This document shows, in pieces, positions 40,649 to 58,635 of a DNA stretch of 64,000 bases (position 1 is its first letter; every line of letters starts with the position of its first letter). The stretch comes from Octopus vulgaris. Lineage: Eukaryota. Where the stretch lies: positions 84,382,001-84,446,000 of the forward strand of contig OX597818.1 in assembly GCA_951406725.2 (NCBI GenBank). The letters run 5' to 3'. The position numbers and the translations under genes are program-made. The notes beneath the pieces are model-generated. The model was given only the letters and a program-made list of their open reading frames with translations. It was not told where the DNA came from and ran no database searches.

Positions 40649-41119
40649 GAAATATGTTTCAAAAAGAAAATAGAATGTACACGTGAAAAAAATATAGGGA
40701 AAGTAAGAAGAAAAAAAAGGAAAATACCCATTGGATAAATAAAAAAAATTAAAAGTAACGATAGATATATACAACTAGAATGGACAGAGGTAGAATGAAG
40801 AGGAATAAAAGTCATTATTATGAATTGTTAAAAAGATTCAGTTATCCCGTTCACTGGCCTTGAATGCGCACCGTTTACCAAACGGTGTTGGGTCTACTAG
40901 TCCACGAGTGAAAAGATTATGTATAAGGGAGGTAAGTAGTTCTGGACGTGGTGCAAATAGAGTAGATATAATACTGTAGTATGAATGGTATGAATGAGTT
41001 AGTGGTATTATTGGTAAGATTAGTAGTGTCCTGTATTAAGTTATGTGTTCATGTTAAGTTGTGGATAAAGTTTAATGATGAAAGTTTAAAACCGAAAATT
41101 ATCCAAAGACTACTGGAAA

Positions 41120-41607
41120 CGTAAATTTTAATTAATTTCCATTTCCATTTGATATGATTAAATACTGTAAGCCTTTGGATAAGTTGGCGGTTTTTATTAT
41201 GGCCAGCGAAGGACTGCGACTGCGCAGTAAATTTTGAAAAAGTTAGGACGTATAAACACGAGACAAGTAGCTTTGAGTGTCCCGTGCGTATACGTTTAAC
41301 CCTAGGTTGGAACTGCTGAGGAAGATCAAATCTTGACTCGCTAAAATAAGATCAGAAACCAATTGGTCCAGGAAACTAGATGGTAAATGCTTTTCATTTC
41401 TAAATTTATTCCTGTCGAATTTTATCCCTAATTTTTTTGGTTATAGAACCTAGCTCTCCTTTCTAGCGTGTAGAATCCCGAAAAGTGGATTCTTTATGTT
41501 TTTAAATATACACTATATCGTATGACTAATATATAGTCTTTTTGACTTCATTTTTTTACACGTTAGACCACAAGAAAAGTAAATTTTAATTAGTTTCCAT
41601 TTCCCTT

Positions 41608-41612
<5 letters not shown>
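41120..41612 (+). mobile_element. Penelope-like relic with direct repeats and a central hammerhead
   Basis: GTAAATTTTAATTA.TTTCCATTTCC.TTTGATAT at about 41121 and 41579; hammerhead between them; ends in (TA)n. Confidence 0.6.
41302..41379 (+). ncRNA. Type I hammerhead ribozyme motif
   Basis: ctg-CTGAGGA(41316-41322)-a-GATC...GATC-a-GAAA CCAATTG GTC-cag; helix III is the perfect palindrome ACCAATTGGT; helix I extends (CTAG.TT / AA.CTAG). Confidence 0.75.
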
Positions 41613-41647
<35 letters not shown>

Positions 41648-41649
<2 letters not shown>

Positions 41650-41845
41650 TCTTTTACTCTTTTAATTGTTTCAGTCATTTGACTGCAGCCATGCTGGAGC
41701 ACCGCCTTTAATCGAGCAACTCGACCCCGGGACTTATTCTTTTTGTAAGCCCAGTACTTATTCTATCGGTCTCTTTCGCCGAACCGCTAAGTAACGGGGA
41801 CATAAACACACCAGCATCGGTTGTCAAGCAATGCTAGGGGGACAC
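41648..41845 (-). mobile_element. SINE family A, 3' half
   Basis: Near-identical reverse complement of 11000-11200. Confidence 0.85.
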
Positions 41846-41883
41846 ACATATATATATATATACATACACATATATATACATAC

Positions 41884-41951
<68 letters not shown>

Positions 41952-41984
41952 TTGTACATACATATGTATATACATATATATATA

Positions 41985-42044
41985 CACTAAGGGTGGGTGT
42001 TACTGTAGCTTTTAGCCCCAGGAGATTCAGAGATTTATTATTGC

Positions 42045-42082
<38 letters not shown>

Positions 42083-42145
42083 TATAGCAATAATAAATCT
42101 CTGAATCTCCTGGGGCTAAAGCTACAGTAACACCCACCCTTAGTG
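41985..42145. repeat. Near-perfect ~60-bp inverted repeat enclosing (TA)n
   Basis: 41985-42044 vs 42087-42145 differ by a single-base indel. Confidence 0.9.
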
Positions 42146-42509
42146 GTTAGCCATATTGAGATGGCTAGTATGCTTTACGTTATATATATATATGCATTCA
42201 TACATACATAGCTACATACACATATATATACATGTATGTGTGTTTCTTTGTATTCATATATATATACATGTATGTATGTATGTATGCATGTATGCATGTA
42301 TGTATGTATAATATAAAACATAGTTGCTCAATGACAAGAATTGAAACATAATGAATACAACAACGATGAAAACAAAAATATTAACAATGTACACAACACC
42401 GATAACAGCATCACTCCCAGCGACAACTATATCAACTCTAACAACAGGAGCAATGAAAATATAATAATAATAATGATGATGATGATGATGGTGGTGATGA
42501 TGCTGATGC

Positions 42510-42543
<34 letters not shown>

Positions 42544-42811
42544 ATCAATAGTAATAGTAATAATAACAATAATAACAATTATTATTATTATTGTTCTTGT
42601 TGTTATCGTTATGGGGACTTGAAGTTGGAAACACATGGTACACAATCATCGAGTCGAAAGAGTATTAGAAACGGAAAAAAGTAAGAGTTTGGAGGATTTT
42701 CTTATTCAAACGGATAAGAAGTATGAAAATAATAGACCACATATAACAATTACCCACATAAATCCTATCATAAATAAAACCGAACTGAGCCTAACCAAAA
42801 TAATAATAATG

Positions 42812-42878
<67 letters not shown>

Positions 42879-42884
42879 TAATAA

Positions 42885-43441
42885 AATGCCCTGATGCAGT
42901 ACCAGGCAGTGGCTCTCATGGCTTCTGATCTTAACTGATTGGAAGTGTTATCATGTACATTGTTTTGTCTTGGTATAAAAGATGGGCTACAGCAAATATT
43001 CTGCTCAATACCACAGATTTGCTTGTCAGTTGTTTGACCTTAACCTGTTGAGCATGTCCCTTAGTGGCTGACGATATGTGCATCTCTGATCACGAGCAGA
43101 AGTAGTGGGGGAGCATCATGGCCATGTGTTGGGGGGGATTCTTTGGGGTTTGAATAATTCACCTCTGGAAACATGGGTGGTTCTTTCAACATCCTTAAAC
43201 AACCCTTATTCAGGGACCGTTTGAGCGGGATGGGCTACTCAACCTGAAGAAAATTCTAACTGGGCCCCACCTGCAAGGTCATGTGCTGTTTATTTTGATA
43301 TGAGATCACCATGTCGCGCACATATGGTTGTGATGCATGTGCCTGGTGTACCTTTATCAGACGGGTAGTCATGATGGGTATATTGGGCTTCGTATATTTT
43401 ACCCCAGTGTCACTTTGATGGCATGCACTGCTCTCTCACAC
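42885..43441 (+). mobile_element. ~555-bp non-coding interspersed repeat associated with (TAA)n (family X)
   Basis: Flanked by (TAA)n on both sides; homologous copies at 48391-48846 (+), 52232-52790 (-), 54670-55157 (-), fragment 21260-21380 (-). Confidence 0.85.
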
Positions 43442-43516
<75 letters not shown>

Positions 43517-43533
43517 AAGAAGAACAACAACAA

Positions 43534-43697
<164 letters not shown>

Positions 43698-44169
43698 TGG
43701 ATGTTCCCTGGGAGCCTCTCTCCAAAAAACGAATTTAATCCAACAACATCGTTGCAACGGAAGAAAGGTTCCACAAAATATCTTTTCCAAATGTTCTTTT
43801 AAGGCAAAGTAACTAAAAAGTCCGAACTATTATTGCCATATATAGTATGGTTTTCTTTCTTTTATGCATAATATTTCCATGTGACATGCATAAGAAATAG
43901 AAGCGAATATCAGAGCTCTTGAAAGACAGTAAGTACATAAATTGATTAATTAATTAATTAATTAATTAAGTATACATGCAACTGTTTATGCATACACGTA
44001 CACATTTTAATTATAAAGCATAAATAATGCTTACACGCGTTCACACGTACACACAGAAAGAAAAACCACGTTACGCGGACGAAAACAAAACAAAAACAAA
44101 GCGATTTTTCACGAACAAACGCAAAAAAGAGCAAATTGGTCACTGAATTTAGAAAGTCACTGAACAGTT

Positions 44170-48390
<4,221 letters not shown>

Positions 48391-48846
48391 AAAAGATGGG
48401 CTACAATAAATATTCTTCTCAATACCACAGATTTGCTTGTCAGTTGTTTCCCCTAAACCAGTTGACCATGTCCCTTAGTGGCTGACGATATGTGCATCTC
48501 TGATCACGAGCAGAAGTAGTGGGTGAGTATCATAGTCATGTGTTAAGAGGAATTCTTTGAGGTTTGAATCATTCACTCCTGGAAACATGGGTGTTTCGTT
48601 AATCATCCTTAAACAACCCTTATTCAGGGACCTTTTGAGCGGAATGAGCTACTCGACATGCCAAAAAATTCAACCTGCAAGGTCATGCGCTGTTTATCTT
48701 TACATGAGATCACTATGTCGCGCACATATGGCTGTGATGCATGTGCTTGATGTACCCTTATCAGACGTTTAGTCATGATAGGTATATTAGGCTTCGTATA
48801 TTTGTTCCCCAATATCACTTTGATGGCATGTACTGCTCTCACTCAA
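48391..48846 (+). mobile_element. Family X repeat, 5'-truncated, abutting the Dong (TAA)n tail
   Basis: Colinear with 42977-43441. Confidence 0.85.
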
Positions 48847-49634
48847 GAACAAAAATAATTATATATTTATTGCACATATTGGCTTACCACATGAAATTCA
48901 AAATATTTTATTGAACATGAGTTAGATAATGTGTATATAGGTACGTGTATATGTGTTGGTGTATGTGTTTCTGTGTGCTTGCGTGTGTTTGTTTGTGTGT
49001 ATGTATGTGCGTATGTGCATGTCTGTGTGTATGTGTGTGTGTAAGAAGAAAGAAAATGTAAGTACTCGATACCAAAGGTAGACTGTTTTATTTATTGAAG
49101 CCAATACCTGTTGGATCTGATCATAAGATAAAATATGGAAAATTTTGCACGAAATACGTTACTTTGAATATATCATGAAAACTGGATTAATGATTTTACT
49201 GTGGAAATATAATTGAAAAGATAATAATAAATATTATTTCAAATTGTTGCCACTGGGGCAGCTTGGGGTGGTGAGTATGAGTCGATTACATCGACCCTAA
49301 TGCTCAGCTGGTACTTAATTTATCGACCCCGAAAGGATGAAAGGCAAAGTCGACCTCGGCAGAATTTGATCTCAGAACGTAAAGACAGACTTGCTAACAT
49401 TTCTTCCGGTCACTGCCTTAATAACAAAAACAACGACGACGACAATGACGGTGATGATGACAACAACTACAAGAAGAACAATAATGCTGATAATACCATT
49501 ACTACTGATAATAATAATAACAATAATAATAATAATAATAATATTGGGGTTCTGTTTTCGTGAATTACTCAATAACTTGAAGACACTAAATATCTATTCT
49601 TCCATTCATCGTACATTCTCACTACCCCCTACGC

Positions 49635-49721
<87 letters not shown>

Positions 49722-50021
49722 TCTCTGTCCCTCTCCGTCCCTCCTTCTAAACCTAGGAAACAAAACCCAAAAAAACTAGACCGTTTCAAGTTCCCAGCGG
49801 AAATCTTCATGTTTTGATCTCCCCTGGCCACATTTGTTGCTAGTTTTCATTTGAGAAGTGGCGACGGAAGTACTGGCGGCACAGGGTTGGTTATTAATGT
49901 AGCAAAAAGACGTAAGAGGTGGGGGAGAAGTGGGAAGGAGGGAGGATGAACGAAACTATAGAACGGACGTAGCAACGAAATGTGTGTGTGTGTGTGTGTA
50001 TACACAGATACAGAGATACAA

Positions 50022-50072
<51 letters not shown>

Positions 50073-50412
50073 CATACATGTATATCTGTATGTGTATATA
50101 TATATATATAAATTTGTGTATATATAACTATATATATATGTGTGTGTATGCATGTATGTCCACATATATATTATATGCATATACATGTGTATACATGTAA
50201 GTGCATGTAATTACATATATATATTTATATATAGACACATGTAATATAATATTTAATATGTATATATGCATATATGCATATAATATACATATATATGTAT
50301 ATACATATATGTGCATACATACACACACGCATATACATGTATGTGTGTAAATATATATATATCTATATATATATATACATATATATATATACATATATAT
50401 ATATACATATAC

Positions 50413-50466
<54 letters not shown>

Positions 50467-51069
50467 CAGAGAGAGACAGAGAATTTGTGTATATGCGTGT
50501 GAAGAAGGAAGATAAGAGAAGCAAGAAGCAGAAGAAGGAAAGTACGAGAAGGAGGTGGAGAAGAAAGGGGTGGAAGGAAAGAAAGAGAAAAGGAAGAAAA
50601 AGGGAAAGAAAGTTGTGGTAGTTGTGGTGGGTGTACAGATAGGATTTATCGATGAAGATTGGCGATGGAATAGTTTGCTGGTTGTTATTTTCATTAGCGA
50701 AAGCCAACACTCACCAACAGCCAGTAAAGCTCTGAATGCCGTACATGCTTCACCAACTGTACACTATCAGCTTACATGATATAATTAAGTTAATGCAGAT
50801 GCAATTTCCCATGCACCATAAATCAGCATCTACGTGTTCACTTCTTGCTCTGTTGCAACTTCCACACTGGTAGTTTTGGGAACGGACAAGAGTCCTCTTG
50901 CTGCGGCCTTGATGTTAACAAGCATCAACATCGATATCAGCATCAGCATCAGCATCAGCATCAACAGTAGTAACTGATATATTAAATCCGTTGCTGCCGT
51001 TGTTGTTGTGGATGTATTTGTTGGTGTTGTTGCTGTTGCTGTCGCTGCTGGTGGCGCAGCATTAACTGT

Positions 51070-51155
<86 letters not shown>

Positions 51156-52231
51156 TTATGTATGTTTGTTTGTATGTATATGTATATATATATACATAAT
51201 TATATATATATATTTCATATACATATATATATATATATATTATTTATAGATATTTATCATATACGTACGCTATATATACAATTTATATGTACATATCTAA
51301 ATACGTATACATAAGTTTATATATACATACAGGCATACAGGTATACATACACACACATATTCATAAATACATGCATGCACACATACATATATGCATGCAT
51401 GCATACATACATATATACATACATACACACATACATGCATACATACATACATACATACATACATACATACATACATACATACATACATACATACATACAT
51501 ACATACATACATACATACATACATGCATACATTTTGATTGACTGTGGTAATAGTTCTAAAGCGTATATTTTTCATAAAACTGTTACTGACTGAAATTTTA
51601 TATCATTTATAGATCAATTCCTTTCATTTAGAAATATAAAATCGATATAACAGAAATTTACTCTACATCAAATATGTGGCACAACCAAAGAACTTATATT
51701 AGAGGGGATTCTGCAATAAAATTTTGAAAAAAAAAATTAGTTTCACTTTCATTTCGCATAAGTTGTTTGTTTATTTGTTGAATTTTTCGCGTTACTCTTC
51801 ATATTTTACAGATTTCAAGTAAAATCTGTAAATGCCAATCCATTCACGATTCCTTTCAACATATTAGAAAGATTGCTTCAAATTTAATGTTGTTCCAATA
51901 TTTGGCAAGATTAAGGAAGCATGGTTGTGGATTGACAGAAACTTTAATGTACAAGACTCTTTCATAGTTGCATCGTTACACTCCCTTTATTTCCTGAGCT
52001 AAAATTTCAGTTTATTTTTCTTTTGTTTGTTTTTCTATACATTTTACTTTCATCCCTCCTGAGAGTTGGCAGAATCGGTGGAGTATCAATTCGGTAGGTA
52101 CCAGGAATGTAATGAGGTAGATTAAATAGATTATATACACCAACACTTCTCCAAATTAATGGACATGAGCCAAAGTCAGAAATCAACATTTAACAGATCA
52201 TTCACACTTTGTATCTTTATTATTATTATTA

Positions 52232-52790
52232 TTGAGTGAGAGAGCAGTGCATGCCATCAAAGTGACACTGGGGTAAAATATACGAAGCCCAGTACACCCA
52301 TCACGACTACCTGTCTGATAAGGGTACACTAGGCACATGCATCATAACCATATGTGTGCGACATGGTGATCTCATATCAAGATAAACGGCACATGATCTT
52401 GCAGGTGGAGCCCAGTTGGAATTTTTTCCTTGTCGAGTAACCCATCCCGCTCCAAAGGCCCCTGAATAAGGATTGTTTATGGATGCTGAACGAAACACCC
52501 ATGTTTCTTGAGGTAAATTATTCAAACCCCAAAGAATCCCTCTCGACACATGGCTGTGATGCTCCCCCACTACTTCTGCTCGTGATCAGAGATGCACATA
52601 TCGTCAGCCACTAAGGGACATGGTCAACTGGTTAAGCTCAAACATCTGACAAGCAAATCTGTAGTATTGAGCAGAATATTTGCTGTAGCCCATCCTTTTA
52701 TACCAAGACAAAACAATGTACATAATAACACATCCAAACAGTTAGGATTAGAAGCCACGAGAGCCACTGCCTGGTACTGCATCAGGGCAA
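52232..52790 (-). mobile_element. Family X repeat, full length
   Basis: Reverse complement of 42885-43441; (TTA)n on both flanks. Confidence 0.85.
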
Positions 52791-52850
52791 TGGGGGACCG
52801 TCCGGGATTATTATTATTATTATCATTATTATTATTATTATTATTATTAT

Positions 52851-52918
<68 letters not shown>

Positions 52919-53000
52919 TTGTTATTGTTGTTGTTGCTCTTTTTCTTCTTCTTCTTCTTCTTGTTTTTGGTGTTAGTGTTGTTGTTGCTGCTACTGCTGT

Positions 53001-53032
<32 letters not shown>

Positions 53033-53045
53033 AACCATCATCATT

Positions 53046-53100
<55 letters not shown>

Positions 53101-54040
53101 AAATTACTCGGGAACAAATAGTGAAATATGTTAATATGTCGTGAGGAGACAGATATCCAAGTTTCTCACAGAAAGCCTTCGTCAGATAATGGAGACATAC
53201 TTCATTTTTGATAATTTATTAAAATTTTTGTTTGTTTGTCTGTTCTCTTCTCTTTTTGCCTGTTAATGAATTGACGTTTGCCGACGCAGAACGCTATAAT
53301 TAATCTTTCCAAGAATTCTGTTAATTATAGCCAATTGTTTAATTGTTTGGTTTTCTTCGACTCTACTCGACAACTTGCCTCGCTAACTGATTATAGTTTG
53401 ATATATTTTTTTAATACATCCTGTTTGAAATACCTTGTACACCGTCTAAGCCTCCATATTGACTGACAAATTCCAACATCTCGTGTTTGTTTAATTCAGT
53501 TCAACTTAATTTATTATGGCTGTGATTTTTACAATGGAATTTGAGGGTTTTTTTTTTTATTTGTCTTTTTGGTCGTGGTAGGCATGGCAGAAAGTACAAT
53601 AACGATAACATATGCATGCGTTCTCTGCCTGCTGATGAAATGACGATAACCAAGGAACCTAATTTTAATTCTTGTAATTAAGTAAACGTGGTTAAAGTTA
53701 CCTAGCGTCCAAGTGGCGTTGTTGTTATTGTTGATGTTGTTGTTTGACATAACGTTATACATCCGCTCATCAAAGAAACCTATTTCATCTCCAAATATAA
53801 TGGAAAAATATATATCGTGGCTGTGTGGTAATATGCTTGTTTCCCAACCACATGGTTCCAGGTTCAGTTCCACTGCGTGGCACCTTGGGCAAGTGTCTAC
53901 TATTATAGCCACGCGCCGACCAAAGCCTTGTGAGTGGATTTGTTGACGGAAACTGAAAGAAACCCGCCATGTGACCGCGTGTGTATCGTTGGCAATTTTC
54001 TTTTTCCGTCTTTCCTTCCTTGGGCCTTTCCTTTTTCTAT

Positions 54041-54074
54041 GTTTCTGACGAAGAGCTCCGCTTGAAACGTTAAA
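54041..54074 (+). ncRNA. Minimal type I hammerhead ribozyme motif in a Penelope-like relic (about 53970-54175)
   Basis: gttt-CTGACGA(54045-54051)-a-GAGC tcc GCTT-GAAA C GTT-aaat; loopless palindromic helix III (AACGTT). Confidence 0.75.
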
Positions 54075-54293
54075 TCATTCTTCTTTCCTTTCCTGGGCGT
54101 CCTGTAACACTATACTTGTTCCACGTCCTCGCGTTGTTGTGTATTCTCTTTGTTTATGTTTGGATTAACTATTTCCCATAATTGCACTACCCCCTATTGA
54201 GACTTCTATCCTTCAATGTTGAAGAGTCTCCCCTTGACCGATGTAAACTCCACCTATTTCGTGTGTGTTGTATCTCGTCCTTTGATATTTTCC

Positions 54294-54364
54294 TCCACGT
54301 CGCCAAGTAATAAGTGTCCCCGCCTGTCATGCGGGAGACCGAGGTTCGATTCCCCGCTGGGGAG
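54294..54364 (+). pseudogene. tRNA-Asp(GTC) pseudogene
   Basis: CCCGCCTGTCATGCGGGAGACCGAGGTTCGATTCCCCG...GGGGAG closely matches eukaryotic tRNA-Asp; anticodon GTC at 54326-54328; D-arm and acceptor stem mutated. Confidence 0.8.
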
Positions 54365-54595
54365 GCATTAATATTGTTCCAGGCAAAATATTTAGCAGCA
54401 TTTCCTTCGTCCTTACGTTCTGAGCTCAAATTCTGCCGAGATTGACTTTGCCCTTCATCCTTTCGGAGTCGATGAAACAACTACCTGTTATGCACTGGAG
54501 TGGATGTGATCAACTTAAACCTACCCCAAGATTTCAGGCTTTCTGCCTATAGTTGAAAGGATTATCATCATATTCATCATCATCATCATTATTAC

Positions 54596-54668
<73 letters not shown>

Positions 54669-54669
54669 T

Positions 54670-55157
54670 AGTGACAGTGCAGAGCATACCATAATGTGAC
54701 ACTGGGGTCCAAATTTATGAAGCTCAATACACCCATCATGATTACCTGGTCTGATAAGAGTACACCAGGAACATGAATCAGTTAGAATGGCGCTCATTTA
54801 GGTTGAGTATCCCATTCCGCTCAGAAGGTCCTTCAATAAGAGTTGTTTAAGGATGATGAACGAAACACCCATGTTTCTAGAGGTGAGTTATTGAAGCCCC
54901 AAAGAATTCTTCTCAACATACGGCTATGGTGCTCCCCCTACTACACCTGCTCATAATCAGATATGCACATATGCTCAGTCACTAAGGGACATGCTCAACT
55001 GGTTAAGATCAAGCAGCTGAGAAGCAAATCTGTGATATTGTGCAGAATATTTGCTGTTGCCCATATTTTATATCAAGACAAAAACAATGTACATGATAGC
55101 ATTTCAACACAGTTAAAATCAGAAACTATGAGAGCCATTGCCTGGTACTGTATCGGA
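54670..55157 (-). mobile_element. Family X repeat, older copy with an internal deletion
   Basis: Diverged reverse complement of 42885-43441, adjoining a long (TTA)n. Confidence 0.8.
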
Positions 55158-55729
55158 GTTTATATAATCATCATCATCATCATCATTACCGTCGTCGTCG
55201 TCATAATCATCAGCATCATCAGCATCATCGTCATCACCATCATCATCGTATTTATTGTTTCTCAGCTTCGCTGTTAATGTCTATTTTGTATGTGTTATTT
55301 CCATGTTTGTTCAAATGTATTCGTGTATGTCTCTTTTCAATAATATCAAAACCATTCTCTATCGATTATTACACAAACTGTTGCATGGATTCTCCATTTC
55401 ACTTAAATTTATGTCATTAATTTGCTTCGTTATTACTTCCAATTCTGATGGAAAGCTTTTCTTTTCTCATTCTTCTTGGAAGGGATCCATATTATACGAT
55501 ATCCTGCACATCTGTGACCTATCTCAAGTTAATATAACTTTTATTTCTTCAAATTTCGAGAAGGGATTTCATTATAATAGCCGTATGACTTCATCTATTT
55601 ATTTCGATTTTTCACTGTAGATTTAGTTTTGCTATTCTTCCTCTAGAATTATTTCTCCAGGCTCCAATGTTGTTCTCAGTTTCAGTTATAATTTACCCAA
55701 TCATAGAACATTTATCTTTCATGCTTCTT

Positions 55730-55767
<38 letters not shown>

Positions 55768-57809
55768 AACTCTTGCTTTAAATGTTTTCGTGCTTATCTA
55801 TCGTTAAAATATTATTTTGATAAATATTCTCTCTTGCGTTCGATAATCGAATATGAACAATTCCGAATTTTACAATAGGATTCGATTTTTACCAAAAGCC
55901 GTATATTTGTTCTCGTTATGTTATTTTTTAATTATTTTGTTTGCTTTCTTTTATTTATTTATCTTTCTGTGAGTGTTATTTATTTTATCGACCTAGAGAG
56001 AGAAGAAAGGAACAGCCGCCTTCGGTAGTATTTGAACTCATAATTAAATTCTGCAAGCTACATTGCTTGGCAATCTAATGCTTCTAAAGCTAATAATAGT
56101 TTATTTGCTACTGCTACTGCTCATAATGATGATGATGATGATGATGATGATAATAATAATAATAATACTTTCTACTGTAGGCACAAGGCCAGAAACTTTG
56201 GAGATGCTCAACTGGTACTTTTTTTTTATCGAACCAGAAAAGATGAGGGGCAAAGTCGATTTCAACGGAATTTGAACTCGTAATGTAAAGCGGGCAGAAA
56301 TGCCGCTAAGCAATTTTTCTGACACGCCAACGATTCTGCCAGCTCACAGATTCTTCTAAAGCTAGCAATAATGACTTGTTAAACAGTCTCAAACATATTG
56401 TGCTTGCGATATATTCGGTTTAATCGACTCCAACAAAATTTGGCTGGTATTTTATTCTATCGACCCTGGAGAGGTATATACATAGTTTATGGCAGAAACT
56501 TCCACTATTAGAATGAGTATGCTCAGCTTATATTGCAGTCAACTATGTTCGTTGTCACCTCATAAAAACAGCAATGGAATAGATTAAAATATGGGATGAC
56601 TGAAGAGTTTACTTTTTGTTTGTTAAGTTGTTTCGAGTTAGAGAAGGTTGAAAATGTCACTATATAAGATATATGAGATCTAAGCTGTAAACGTATCAAA
56701 TTGAAAAATAATTGGTTTACCGTAAACTCGAAGAAATCTTCAACGACAAATCAATAAACAACATACCCTCCGCCTAACGTGAGTTTCTCAATATAAAGTA
56801 GATGATTAATAGAAGGAGATATAGTTAACACTATTGAAATTATTACGGTAACTATTTATGCATATTAGTGTTTTTACGCTGATGTTCCTGAATGAAGAAA
56901 TAAAACATTCCTATTGATATGTATTTATTTAAAAAGATCTCAGCTCAAATATGTTTGATTTATTTGAATCTGCAAAAAGGCTTTCTAGTGCATTTTGTCA
57001 TGGAGAAGTAAAGTCAATGAGGAGAAATATGTGTAAAAACGCTATAGTAAGATCAGAGTACCCTCTATTGAACTGGCGGGTGCATGCATTTCGAATTAAT
57101 CTTCTCTCAGCTGCAGATACCAAAGGGAAGCAACTTTGAACTAAGAAACGAGGTTTCTCTTATAAGAAACCAATTAAAGTTATTGACTGGAGGCGCATTA
57201 GTTTCTTCGATAATTTCAAAGCGAGTTGCCTCACTGTGGTATCTTGTGCTAATTAGAAGGAAGCTGCTTCGAAATGTGCGCATGCATTAGTCAGAAGGGG
57301 GCGCTCTGAACTTACCATAGTGTTTTACAACCATTTTGTCACAGCATTTTTGTGGGTTCATACAACTTTCAAACATAATTGAACTGGTATCAAATTTATT
57401 TTCGGCTCAATCACTGCTTAACGCATCAGCTCATGTTTATATTCCTCCTTAAAAGTAACAATTATAAATTATTAAGTGAAGCTTGGACAAGTACGGCCAT
57501 GATTTGACTGTCAGGAGACAGAAGAGTCCACGGCATATTCAAATTATTTTGCACAGCTGACAAATACCAGCATTGCAATGTATCTCCGAATTTTAGTCAA
57601 TCCAGTTTCTTGTAAAACCAAGGCTTTAATTATAATCATCGCTGATGGAGCGCAAATAACACCCACGTTTTCCTTAAATGCTATGGATTCGTGTCTGACC
57701 ACCTGGTATCTATTAAAAGTGAGAACCTGCTTTTTCAGAAGCAAAGTAAATCTTAATTAATAGAGCCTACAGCCAAGTTTTAGCTATACTTCTGCAGATT
57801 ATGTGTATG

Positions 57810-58190
57810 TGGGACTCCATCGGTTACGACGACGAGGGTTCCAGTTTATCCGATCAATGGAACAGCCTGCTCACGAAATTAACGTGTAAGTGGCTGAGCA
57901 CTCCACAGGCACGTGTACCCTTATCGTAGTTCTCCGGGAGATTCAGAGTGACACAGTGTGTGACAAGTTTGGTCCTTTGAAATACAGAAATAACAGAAAC
58001 AGGAAGAAAGAGTGAGAGAAAGTTGTGGTGAAGAAGTACAGCAGGGTTCGCCCCCATCCCCTCTCGGAGCCTCGAGGAAGTTTAGGTATTTTCGCTTAAT
58101 AAACACTCACAACACCCGGTCTGGGAATCGAAGCCGCGATCCAACAACCGCAAGTTCGCTGCCCTAACCACTGGGCCATTGCGTCTCCAC
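57810..58190 (-). mobile_element. SINE family C, full length (tRNA-derived head)
   Basis: Minus strand TGGCCCAGTGGTTAGG A-box and GCTTCGATTCCC B-box-like; second copy at 37225-37560. Confidence 0.8.
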
Positions 58191-58570
58191 GCAGACTACA
58201 CAAACTGCTTAGTATTGGACATATACATTAAAAGCTGTCTCATTTCTGATCATATTTCAAACGATATCAGCTAACCCAAATTTGTGCGGTGGCACTTTCC
58301 AGTTAAGTGCCGATTATGTCTTTTATGGTTCATTTGTTCCATTCGGCTGCGGTCATACTGGGGCACCACTTAAAGTGTTTTAACCGAATATATCGATCTT
58401 AGTAAATATTTTTAAGTCTGGTACTTATTCTGTTGGTCTCTCAGGTTGAACTGCGATGTTAACGGGGCGTAGATAAGCCAGAACCGGTAGTCACGCGGTA
58501 GTGACTGACAAACACAGCACAAACACACCACACATACATGTATATATATGTGTGTGTGTGTGTATGTATG

Positions 58571-58635
<65 letters not shown>

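Noticed and set aside
40869-40888. Hairpin CACCGTTT-ACC-AAACGGTG as part of another ribozyme class
   Set aside because: I could not fit hammerhead, HDV, twister or pistol consensus around it.
49757-49916. Possible exon (pyrimidine tract, AG ... GTAAGA)
   Set aside because: The frames I translated hit stop codons; no coding support.
53150-53195. Minus-strand CTGACGA...GAAAC hammerhead-like motif (similar weak cases near 8240, 22445 and 38735)
   Set aside because: Helices I/III or the GAAA do not form convincingly; too degenerate to call.
54294-54364. Functional tRNA-Asp gene
   Set aside because: The conserved D-loop GG and acceptor-stem pairing are lost; called as a pseudogene.
55300-57770. 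Possible very old LINE remnants on the minus strand
   Set aside because: Only scattered motif-like fragments; needs a translated profile search to support.
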